Source: Scyliorhinus canicula (lineage: Eukaryota). From it: a DNA stretch of 64,000 nt. The stretch is from assembly GCF_902713615.1 (NCBI RefSeq), contig NC_052158.1:20642546-20706545 (forward strand). Direction: 5' to 3'. The position numbers and the translations under genes are program-made. Below, piece by piece: positions 51,355 to 62,682 of this stretch (position 1 is its first letter; the number at the start of each line of letters is the position of its first letter). The notes under the pieces are model-generated. The model was given only the letters and a program-made list of their open reading frames with translations, was not told the origin of the DNA and did not search any database.

Positions 51355-54300
51355 TCTTCCCACTTTAACCAACAAATCTTCAGGGCATTAATTCTACTGC
51401 ACGGCTGCTATCTTAAAACAAACCTTGGCCCAGGCTCACTTCACAACCTTTTCCCCCGCCTGGTCTGGCCTGTAGAAGTGAGGAAGCCTCTGCCTCCCGA
51501 TCAGGGGCTGCTGCGGTTCCGCCGTTTCCCCGGCCCGCGCTGCAGTACCGCTCCAAGCCACCACCGGCGCTGTTGTAAACATTTCTGCCGCCAAATTGGA
51601 GCGGCGGTGCTGCGGTACCGCTTCGCGACCACTGACAGCGCTATTGCTGCCGGTAAGAGAGCGGCTGCGCGGCATTCCCACTTCCGGCCACCGAGGGCGC
51701 TGCCGTGCTGCAATACCGCTTGCCGACCACTGACAGCGCTGCTGCGCACAGTAAGAAGTCTTACAACACCAGGTTGGACTGGTGTTGTAAGACTTCTTAC
51801 TGCGCTCACCCCAGTCCAACGCCGGCATCTCCACATCAGCGCTGCTGCGGCTATTGCTGCCGGTAAGAGAGCGGCTGCGCGGCAATGCCACTTCCGGCCA
51901 CCGAGGGCGCTGCCGTGCTGCAGTACTGCTCCCGGCCACTGACAGCGCCGTCGCGCTGCATTACCATGCAGGGCTGCCAAGGGCGTTGTCGTTAAAGATG
52001 CCAGGCAGTGGCGCGACCACACAGATGGAGTCAGACTCCCAGGATTGTCACGTTGCAAAAGGCCCACTGTGTCTGCACGGGCTCAGCAGCTTACGCCTTC
52101 TCCTTTGTGCTGCTGCAACGATCCCGATCGCCGAATACTCTCATGCTGCAGTACTGCTCCCCGCCACAAGGGTGCTAACTACTCAAGTACCTTTGCCAAG
52201 TGCATTGCCCCAATGCAGTACCAATCTCTTCTGCTAAAGATGCACAGTAAGAAGTCTTACAACACCAGGTTAAAGTCCAACATGTTTGTTTCAAATACTA
52301 GCTTTCGGAGCACTGCTGTAAATGTAATCGGCATGAATCCCAGGTCCCGGTTGAGGCCGCACTCGTGTGCGGAACTTGGCTATAAGTTTCTGCTCGGCAA
52401 TTCTGCATTGTCGCGCGTCCTGAAGGCCACCTTGGAGAACGCTTACCCGGAGATCCCGCGCAACAACGCAGAATCGCCAAGCAGAAACTTATAGCCAAGT
52501 TTCGCACCCATGAGTGCTGCCTCAACCGGGAGTGTTCCTGCCGGAACTGAATCATGTACAATTCGTGTTCCCGTTGGAGGCGCTGTTAAACAATATTCAG
52601 GAAATGCAAATTGGCCTGCATTCTGCCCCTGTGAATTACAAGTAATTCCCGTCCCCGCTGACATAATTCGGCAGGGCCGGGATTCGCATTGAAGAGCCTG
52701 ACAAGCTGGAGCTGCTCACTCCACTCACCACACACACTCATTCCAGCCAGGAAGATAGCACCACGGAGACATCCCCCCCAATGAGGGGCAATTTAGCGTG
52801 GCCAATCCACCTACCCTGCACATCTTTGGGATGTGGGGGTGAGATCCACTCAGACACGGGGAGAATGTGCAAACGCCACACGGAGTGACCCGGGACCGGG
52901 ATCGAATCTGGGTCCTCAGCGCCATGAGACAGCAGTGCTAACCACTGCACCACCGTGCTGTCCCTCTCTGCCATCACTCCTGCCACTCATTCCTCACGTC
53001 ACCCCAACCCTTAGAGGCCAACTACACCCCACCCTAACCCTAACCCCAATACCAGGCCCTCCTTGGCTAGAAGCCTTGCCACCAGCTATAGACCCCCCCC
53101 CCCCCCCTCCACCCTCAAAGCATCTCTCTATGTCCTTTCTGTGTCCCCTAGGATACTGTGGGCCATAATAGGCGTGATTACCAAAAGACCCGAAGGGCAT
53201 CTTCGACCTTCGGATCCACACCTCAGGACGAGAGGGCCGAGCAACTTATGTGCGAGGCCGAGGAGGAGGCAGTGACTGAGATGGAGGTTGGCATGCCCCA
53301 AATGCGTCGTCACCTTCGCATTTCCTTCTCGGCCTGTTGGCCGGCTTGCTGCCTCCTAAACATTGCGCAGCTGATGGGCGACATGCTGGAGGAGGAGGAA
53401 TGGCAGGCCTCATTGGATGAGCGGCAGGCCTAACTATTGTGCATGTGCTACACTTGTGCCAACGTAAGTATCATCTATCTTTCGTGGCCCTCCGTTCCTT
53501 CTCGGTGTTTCCCCAAATGGCACATCATTAGTGGAGGAGGCCTGGGTGGCATGGTGGCACAGTGGTTAGCACTGCTGCCTCACGACGCTGAGGACCCGGG
53601 TTTGATCCCGACCCCAGGTCACTGTCCGTGTGGAGTTCGCACATTCTCCCCGTGTCTGCGTGGGTCTCACCCCCACCACCCGAAAGATGTGCAGACTAGG
53701 TGGATTGGCCATGCTAAATTGCCCCTTAATTGGAAAAAAAAAAAGAATTGGGTATTCTAAATTTATAAAAATAAAAAGAAGTGGAGGCGGCCTGCTGCTT
53801 GTCTCACCCTCTGCCCTGCACGACCCCTCGTGGATAGATGGGCCCGGCTGACCTTCAGATGCCACAGGTAATGTCGTGTCAGCCTGTTCTGCCCACTGCA
53901 CATGAGGTGTGCCAGTGTCAGGTGGAGAGGGGGATTTGTGGGCGGGAGGGGAGCCTGACATCTTGAATTTAGCAGATTAAAAACGGCCAGGGTGGGAACC
54001 GGCGATGTCCTGCCCGCCACTTTGTGTTTATTTACTGAGTAAACTACAGAGTTTAAATCCTTCTCGGCACGCCTGCTCGTGTAACATCTTTAAACTCTTG
54101 CCACTCCCTGCCCACACCACAGAGCTCAACTCAGCTGCAGGTCACATCCACCGGGCAGTTAATTGGTTAATTATTTCGGAAGACTCGGTGGGCCGAATGG
54201 CCTCTTCCTGTACTATAGGGATTCTCCGATAAAGCAGAATATTGTGTGCTGGAAATCTGAAAGAGAAAGTTCTGGAAAAAAGGCAGGTCTGGCAAAAACT

Positions 54301-54473
54301 GTGGAGACAGGTATTTCCATGATATAAACCAGGGATGTCCAACACCTCAAAGTTAAATTCTCACCGGACCTTTTACATTTCTGTCACACTCTGCCGACTG
54401 CCGGATATAGAGAACGGCCTCCAGCGCAGCAGCCCCCCTCCCCCACCCTCTGCTCAGTCCGGATTCTGGACTG

Positions 54474-54485
54474 AGTTTCAATTCT
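54474..54485 (+). promoter_or_regulatory. ISRE-like element upstream of the IgV gene leader
   Basis: AGTTTCAATTCT, one mismatch from the MHC class I ISRE AGTTTCACTTCT. Confidence 0.35.
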
Positions 54486-54518
54486 TGGTTTTCTCCTCCC
54501 TGTGTCCCGTTAGTTGTT

Positions 54519-54609
54519 ATGAGATTCCGTGGCCGCGTATCCACCCAGATGACGATCTTTATTCTCTTCTTTCTTCACCTTTCGCAGCTTCAGCCCGGCT
54601 CGTTTTCAG
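54519..54609 (+). CDS. IgV gene exon 1, signal peptide
   Basis: MRFRGRVSTQMTIFILFFLHLSQLQPGSFS(G): basic n-, hydrophobic h- and polar c-regions; phase-1 donor TCAG|gtaaac compatible with the V exon. Confidence 0.7.
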
Positions 54610-55045
54610 GTAAACAAAACTCTCTAAAAGTCGCTTTTAAACCGAGAGTGCCGGAGGCTGAGAAAAAAGACAAACAATATTCGCTGAATTGTCGAGTAAA
54701 GCCCCTTAAAAGGGACCAAACGATCGGCATTGTTGTCATTTAGTGAAGTGTTTCCATAGTTTGAACGGTCTATCGCTCAGTAACAGGAGTTTGGGATGTT
54801 TATTGTGTCGAAGATATGGGGGGGGGGGTGGCGTTAAGTAGGGTCAGTTAAACAGTTAGTTAATGAGTTAAAATTCGTCCGGTACACTTTTTTAATGTTC
54901 GTTCGGAAGACGTGGGCGTGGCAGGCTGTGCCAGATTGCCCTTGAGGGGGACAGTTTTTACAGTCAACATTGCTGGCTGCAATGTAGGCCACACAAGTAG
55001 GACACATTTCCTTCTAATTCGACAATGGTTTCATGGTCACCTTTA

Positions 55046-55599
55046 GGAGCCGGATTCTCTCAGCCCAGGGCCGGGCCGGAGAATCCCTCCGATGGAGAAT
55101 CGGCGTCTTTGGCGCGGCGCCGGTCGTGGATCGCTCTACGCGGCCGGCTCGCTGATTCTTGGCCCGGAATGAGCCGAATGGCCGCAAATAAAACGCTGGG
55201 TCGGCGCCGTCCACACCTGCTTGTAGCCGGCGGGAACTCTGCCTACAACGGGTGGCGGCCTGTGGGGAGGGTGGGGAAGCTCCAACCCCGGCAGGGGGGG
55301 CCCTCCGATGCGGCCGGGCTCTCGCACCCCCGGCATCTTTTCCTACGCGCCAGCCCCTGTACTCCTGTGCCATGTTGCGTTGGGGCCGGCGTGTTGAAGG
55401 AGGCCACAGCGCATGCCCGTGTTGGCGCCGGCACCACTGCGCATGCGCGGGTCCCGCGGCATCCAGTTCGCGCCGGAATCAGCAGCGCGAGCGGCGTGAA
55501 CCGCTCCAGCGCTCCTGCGGCTGGTTCACGGCGTAATAAAACGCGACGGCGTTTACGACGGCATGGACACTCTGCTGCGGGATGGGAGAATCCCACCCC
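55046..55599. mobile_element. GC-rich MITE related to 12599-13263
   Basis: Ends ...ccggattctc / gagaatcccaccc; internal gcgcatgcgc motifs shared with the other copy. Confidence 0.7.
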
Positions 55600-56519
55600 A
55601 GGTTTTTACTTGCAGATTTTTAATGAATTGAAATTTCACCATCTGCCATGGCGGAATCTGAACCCAGGTCCCCAGCGCATGATTCTGGATCTCTGAATAG
55701 CGACAGTACCACTATGCCACCGCCTACCCATGTGGGATATGGCTGCCAGTCATTCGCCTATAAGCCTAACCAGACCAGATCCATAGCGAAGGTAAGCGTT
55801 CCTAGCACCCAACAATTCTTGTGGTGTGGGGTCAGCTTCCTCATGGTTTTGGATCTCGGAAGTTCTGAACTATATAATGGATTTGGCAACATTTTGAACA
55901 GTAAACCATGCCAAGTCATGGCACTTTGCCCATTGACCCAGCAAATGGGCATGGAGGGCTATTGGGGTAGATGAGGGAATAGGTTGGCATGGGTGGGGGG
56001 ACATCAGACTCCTAACATCAGCAGACTACAGGGCAGCACAGTAGCACAAGTGGATATCACTGTGGCTTCACAGCGCCAAGGTCCCAGATTCGATTCCCCG
56101 CTGGGTTTCTGTCTGTGTGGAGTCTGCACGTTCTCCCCGTGTCTGCGTGGGTTTCCTCCGGGTGCTCCGGTTTCTCCCACAGTCCAAAGATGTGCAGGTT
56201 AGGTGGATTGCCATGATAAATTGCCCTTGGTGTCCAAAAAGGTTAGGAGGGGTTATTATGTTACGGGGAGAGGGTGGAAGTGAGGTAAGTGAGGGCTTAA
56301 GTGGGTCGGTGCAGACTCGATGGGCCGAATGGCCTCCTCCTGTACTATAGGGATTCTCCGATAAAGCAAAATATTGTGTGCTGGAAATCTGAAAGAGAAA
56401 GTTCTGGAAAAAAGGCAGGTCTGGGGTTACGGGGTTGTAGGAGGTGGGGAGCTCATTCAGAGGGTCAGTGCAGACTCGATGGGCTGAACTGCCTTCTGCA
56501 CTGTATGGATTTGATGGTA

Positions 56520-57272
56520 ATACAGATGGGAATTGCATATTAAATGGCAGAACCCTTCGGAGTATTGACAGACAGCGGGATCTGGGCATACAGGTCTACA
56601 GATCACTGAAAGTGGCAACGTGGGTTAATAAGGTAGTCAATGAGCATATGGCATGTGCTTGCCTTCATTTGTAGGGGCATTGAGTATAAAAATTGGCAAG
56701 TCATGCTGCAACTACAGATCATTAGTTCGGCCACACTTAGAATATTGTGTACAATGTTGGTCATCACACGACAGAAGGAAGTAGAGGCTTTGGAGGGCGT
56801 CCGGAAGAGGTTTATCAGGATGTGGCCTGGTCTGGAGGGTATTGGGTCTGAGGAGAGGTTGGATAACTTCAGATTCTTTTCTCTGGAATGACGGAGGTTG
56901 AGAGTCGACCTGATAGAGGTTTACAATATTATGAGGGGACAGAGTGGATAGTCAGAAGCTTTTCCCCAGGGTTGGAAATTCAGTTACTAGGGGACACAAG
57001 TTTAAGGTACGAGGGGGAAGGTTTAGAGGAGATGCGCGAGGCAGGTTTTTGGCACACAGGGTGGTGGGTGCCTGGAGCGCCTGACTAGGTGGTGGAAGCA
57101 GATATAATAGCAACGTTTAAGAGGCATCTTGTTAAATACATGAATAGAGTGGGAATAGAGGGATATGGACACCGGAAGTACAAAACCTTTTGGTTTGGAT
57201 GCGCATCATGATCAGTGTAGGCTTCGGGGGCTGAAGGACCTGTTCCTGTGCTGTACTGTTCTATTCTCTGTG
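56520..57272 (+). mobile_element. CR1 LINE 3' end
   Basis: EYKNWQVMLQL...ALEGVRKRFIRM and tail gctgaaggacctgttcctgtgctgtactgttcta. Confidence 0.88.
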
Positions 57273-57707
57273 TTTGCACACACTGAGGCTGGGAGTGGAG
57301 CGGATGTTGGGTTACAATGTCGAAATTGAACCTGGATCCCTGGGACTGCAGTGCTGACCAGTGTGTCACCGTGCCGCCCAAATGATTCCCATTCCAAAAT
57401 ACTTTCCGATCCTGTGACCCTGACTGACATGTTGGTCTTTATTTCTCTGGTCGGGCTGTTCCTCACTCTATCAATACAGAAACTTCAGTCACAATCATCT
57501 CAACAGGAAGTGTTGGGACATGGGGATCTCAAGAGTAATATTTCCTTGTTGCTGCCAAGTAATGTCCTCGGCACCATCTCAAAACCAAATAGTTTGGAAC
57601 ATTTGGTACTAATTCGTTACAAGAAGAGAGGGTGGGGTGAAATCCGGTCGAAATTTGGATTCACGCAATTAAAAAGAATCAATACATAGGATCCTGGGTG
57701 GGAGGAG

Positions 57708-58004
57708 TGTGGTGAATGTATAATGCATAATTCACACTGTGTATCACTGTGACCCTGTGGGCTCCATCTGTGAGCCGTTGCACGCGGCTCTGCCCACAGG
57801 GGAAGATGAGGAGCTTGTACAGGGCTCCACCCTTGGTGCCGCCCATGGCTCCGCCCATGGCCCCTCCCACTACCAGAAGTATAAAGTGCTGCGGTCTTGT
57901 GAGTCAGCCCTCAGTTCTTCTGGTCGCAGGCAGGCTCAGTTGTAAGTCGACTGAAGCCACAGTTTACTTCCTCTCGTGTCTTGAGCGAATTGATGGTCGC
58001 ATCG
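57708..58004 (+). mobile_element. Solo LTR (297 bp) in IgV intron 1
   Basis: TGTGGT...GCATCG (CA end mutated); perfect 5-bp TSD AGGAG; TATAAA at ~57880. Confidence 0.85.
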
Positions 58005-60965
58005 AGGAGTTACTGGGCCCAGCAGTGTGAGTGAGCAGGATCCACGTCAGTAAAAATGGATTTCCAATCCACCCTTTACTAAAATTACATCGATTGTGCT
58101 CCCTACTGTGGTGACACTAGGAAACTATTTGAAGTTCTGGGCGTGTGTTAAAATTCGCCGAATCAGTCTGGGGATTGAGGGTATTTCGACTAGAATATTA
58201 ATAATATATCAACGCTTTAAAATATAGATGAACTGGGATAACCTAGTTGAAGCAACAAGGAAAAAATGTCAAGTTTCATGTAATTATTGTTATTTATAAT
58301 AGTTTTGAGTTCAGCCCTACTGATAAAATATGACACTATTACAATGCTCGGATCAAAATAAATCAATACTCACCGCTAAAGTAGTGGTTCAGAACTGGTA
58401 AATCTGCCTGACACAGGGAGAAGGCGGGAGAATGACCCTGGAGGCATTCCTCACTCGGAGAGTCAGGAGAGACAGGACGGGCCAGGGGGGCTTCTTCTGT
58501 GTTAACACAACTCCAACACTGAACAAGAAAGAGGCATCAATGAAATGGTTCAGAAACTAATAGTACAGCTTGTGAAATAACTCGGGCTGTGGTTGTGTTT
58601 GTTTGGAGGGGGTTGTGAAGGGGTAATGGGAGAGGGGGGGAGTTGAGGTTAATCTACATATCAAGAACAAGTATTGCACCATTTTTCATACTCCTATTTT
58701 TCTCCATCTGGTTTGAGTAGGTCGAAAGTGTCAATTGGAGTCATGGATTCCATCTGTAAAACTCTTGTCTGCAAACGGAACATACCAGATACAGGTACTT
58801 GTTGCCTGTGGTCATTTCCGTTCTGCCCGCTCATGAGCGGAGGACAGGCAGCTCCACTGAATCACACGCTAAACACAAACTAACCTCATCGTTTCTGCTA
58901 ACATTGATATTGGGGAGATGAGCAGAGAGACACGTCGCCTCTCCAAATTCACCAGCATTTGCTTTCTCAACAGTTTTTTGATCTCCTATTTCGGTAAGTT
59001 TTTTGTTGCCACGAGCGAAGTGCTGCAGCTAGTTTGAGGTGACTTGTGTTGACACTGTTTACTCAGAGATGGGCTTCAATCGTTGGAGCTGGATTCAGTT
59101 TTGAAGATCTTTGGTCTCACGCAGTGGGGCCCCTGTCACCAGATAGGTCCTGGCTGAGGTTTCCAAATGAATTAGCTCATCTGCCAATAGATTTATGCCA
59201 GTTTTTTAAAATTCTGCGTTAAATCAAATGTATCTCATAGTAATTTTTAAAAAATAATCTTTATTGTCACAAGTAGGCTTACATTAATATTTCAATGATG
59301 TTACTGTGAAAAGCCCCAAGTCGCCACATTCCGGCGCCTGTTCGGGTACAAAGAGGGAGAATTCAGAGATCCCAATTCACCTAACAGCAGCAAAAGAGAA
59401 AATGCTGGAAAACCTCAGCAGATCTGGCAGCATCTGTAGGGAGAGAAAAGAGCTAACGTTTTGAGTCCGATGACTCTTTGTCAAAGCCGTGAATCGAACT
59501 TGGGACTGTGGCAAGGTGCAAGCAAGTGCTAACCAATGTGCTGTCGTGCAGGAGTAAGCCATTCAGCCCGTCGAACCTGCTCCGCCATTCAATACGACCG
59601 TGGCTGATAGGACCCTGAAATGCCATTTACATCCACTAACCGTGTTAGTGTGGATAAGTTGGACTTTACCAAGTCAATTAGCTCAGTCAGCTATGCATAG
59701 AATCTAACCCCAGAATTAGAAAACTGATACCACTTTGTCCCAGTTCAGCCATCAGGCAGAGAACCCAAGATGGGATATTCTATTTGTTGCATCCTTCCAA
59801 TCATCAGATTTACAGCTGAAAGAGACCATTTGAGTCGATCGGAAGGAGTTGTTCGTTTTAACTCCATTTTCCAACTCGTGAGCCACAGTCTTAATAACGT
59901 CACAACACCTCAGGTACATATTCAAACATTGTAAATGCCATTGCTGCCTCTACCAGCCTTCCAGGCAAAGGGTTCCACACCCCCAACATCATCCATCTGA
60001 AACCATTTCTCTTTAACGTCCTTCTCATCATTCTACAAAGTTACTTTAAATCAATGCCCTCTGGATTTGAGCTGGTTGCTACGGGAACGATACTCTTCCT
60101 TTACAATCTGCCCGGCTCATTCTGCAAGCTTCCATTAATTCCCACTTCTGCTTCAACAGCCCCCAACCCAAAGTGATTTAATCTATCGCCATAACCAACA
60201 TTCTCCAGTCCTGACAAACTAGGAACATAGGAACAGGAGTTATCCATTCAGCCCATCGAGCCTGCTCTGCCACTCAATATAATCAATGCCCCCCACCCAC
60301 CCCCCCTATTATTTCCCTTAAAATAAAACCCTGTCGCTTGAATTCCATTGTCCACTTTACTGCCCAGATGACCAATCCATTGACACCTTCCCGCGGAGTA
60401 CAGCCTGGTTCCTCAATATCCACAAAACCATTATTGTAGCAATTGTTGTAAATATCTTACTCACATTGAAAGCATTGATATATGAACGAAAAGGCTGGGA
60501 TAAATTGGGAGCCTGTGGCCCCTGTCTCCAAGTTAATGAAACTCCCGTGGAACAGTTACTTCCTGACACTGAGTCACTTTTGGGTCTAGCTTTTGTCTTT
60601 TACACATTTCCGCCAGTCCGCCATGTGGGAATCTGTCTCAGGGTTTGTTAGAATCCATGTGGAGTGCCTCAGAGTACTCTCACTGACTCTCCATGTTACC
60701 TCAATAAAATAGAGACATGTCAGACAGGACTGTCCCTAAATAAACCCCGCTGACTCCTACTGATCAATGCCCGACTTTCTCAATCACCATTCAGACTGTG
60801 GGGCAGAATTTCTCTTCCAGTAACTTTGATCCGTTTGTTAACGGTTTGTGATTCCAATGAATGTCGCGTTTTATAACCAGTCTCCCATCTGAACCTATTT
60901 ATCAAAACGTTTAAACTGCTTTATTCCTTTCTGAAGCTAATTCCTTTGTTTCTGTGTTGTTGCAG

Positions 60966-61358
60966 CCTCGGGAATCGGGGTTACTGTGAGGGTCCATCAG
61001 AGAGAAGTGATGGGGACAGTGGACCAGTCCGTCCTTCTCCCTGTCTCCTATTCCACACTCGCACCCGGCTCCACTTTACAGATACAGTGGGGTTTATTCC
61101 CCGGAGACACTCCATTTGTGAGACTGACCCGATCAAACTGCTCCCCAGACCTTGACAGATCCGGTTATAACTGTTCAGTTCACCGGGAGACAGCTCCTTC
61201 CTACCGGGACCGAATTCACCTCTATCCAGAGAATGGATCCTTGTTACTGTGGGATTTACAGCCCAGTGACAGCGGGGTCTATGTGATATCTGTTTATAGT
61301 TATGCTGGCAGCACAGCCTGGAGAGGCAATGTGACTTTAACCGTCTATAACAAGACAG
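60966..61358 (+). CDS. IgV gene exon 2, V-set Ig domain of CD2/SLAM/CEACAM/HEPACAM type
   Basis: gtgttgttgcag|CC...ACAG|gtaaga, phase 1-1, 393 bp; GTVDQSVLLPVSY, IQW, YRDRIHLYPENGSLLLWDLQPSDSGVY, LTV; no canonical B/F cysteines. Confidence 0.92.
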
Positions 61359-61518
61359 GTAAGAATTCACAATCTCTGTATCCAATTATTCCTCGGTACG
61401 TTTTTCTAATAGCAGGAGTTCTCACTGCAAACTGAATAAAACAATGATGATAAAGAATGATTGAGGTTATCCTTTCAATCCAATGGGCTTGTTGTAAATG
61501 TCTGAATTTTTCTTCCAG

Positions 61519-61713
61519 ACACGGAGTCTCCCGCTCCGAGCAGCACCGAGCGAGCGGAGACCAGCAGAGAATTCCCAGCCCACTGAGCCGCTCTCCTGCT
61601 CCGGGGGAGCATCTTTGGCGGAGTCACTGTGCTGGGGGCCTGTCTGTACTTGTGTGTGAGCTGGAGATACAGAGAGAGAACCAAGAGCGGGAGGACAAGA
61701 CACAGACCCGCAG
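61519..61713 (+). CDS. IgV gene exon 3, stalk + transmembrane + basic juxtamembrane, with in-frame TGA at 61584-61586
   Basis: ttttcttccag|AC, phase 1; DTESPAPSSTERAETSREFPAH*AALLLRGSIFGGVTVLGACLYLCVSWRYRERTKSGRTRHRPA(G)|gtggag. Confidence 0.8.
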
Positions 61714-62665
61714 GTGGAGATGTGCTGGGCAGGAACATGTTTGGATAATTTAACCCCATACAAAATGGGATGTGACCGGAATAACTTCCTTATAATGTTC
61801 AAATTAAATTCAAACTGTGCTGGATCTGTTGTTACTAATAATTTATACAGATAAACAGACCGAGGTATAGGTTATGTTGTCTCTGCATTTTGCGACATCT
61901 ATTTCCCCTCAATGTTTCAGATTCTGGAATACCAACGGGAAATGTTGGGACTAAACAACATGTCTGTCTGGATTGGAAAATGGCAAATGGCAGGCAATAG
62001 GCAATCCCATTCTTATTTGTCCAGTTACCTCCAGAGGAATGGGTACGGTACCATCTTGCTTCCGGGTGTCTGTGGGCCAGGCCTGGACATTCGGGCAGAA
62101 TGGGTGAATACCTCCCCCTCACTCCCACCCCCCTCTCACCAGGACATTACTCACACTCCGGGGAAAAAACTTTCTCCAACTTTCCAGACCAAAACTACAG
62201 ACGGTGGAGCTTGCCTGCTCTCTGTACATCTCCCCCCCCCCCCTCCCCCACACACACAAAAATGTACTTTATTCGTAATCTTTTTAATGGTCAATTTAGC
62301 TTGGCCAATCCACCTAACCTGCATATCTCTGCTGGTGGGGGTGAAACCCGCTGACACGGGGTGAATGTGCAAACTCCACACACAGTGCAGTAATATTCAG
62401 GTTCTTTACATGCATTATGTTGCACTCTGAGGTGCTTCAATACAATTGTGATCCATTGAATGTGAATCGTACAACGTGAGGGGATTTGCTACAATTTCAC
62501 TCCCTCCAGTTCACTGTGGCTGTGATGTATTTGACATCTCAGAAAGGCATCTTGTCCTGGTATCTGCACACTGCTGCTGGGGTTGGTCATACCTCCACCT
62601 CGACCTTTCGTTCAGTCACCTCTCACTGTGATTTTCCCGCCTGTTCTGTGAATTCGGCCCTTCAG

Positions 62666-62682
62666 GGTCCTCCCGACCGCCA
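62666..62682 (+). CDS. Possible cytoplasmic micro-exon of the IgV gene
   Basis: ggcccttcag|GGTCCTCCCGACCGCCA|gtgagt; could join an acceptor near 63018 (ctctgcttcag|ATA) to give ...SSRPPIQLCDDSLGFCRFPTLPPRCGSVF*. Speculative. Confidence 0.3.

Noticed and set aside
57429-57535. Alternative leader MLVFISLVGLFLTLSIQ for the IgV gene
   Set aside because: Weak donor and long polar extension; the 54519 leader has a better donor and signal-peptide profile. Not fully excluded.
61584-61586. Selenocysteine or programmed readthrough at the TGA
   Set aside because: No SECIS recognised, the +4 context is G rather than the CUAG readthrough motif, and the position is not catalytic.
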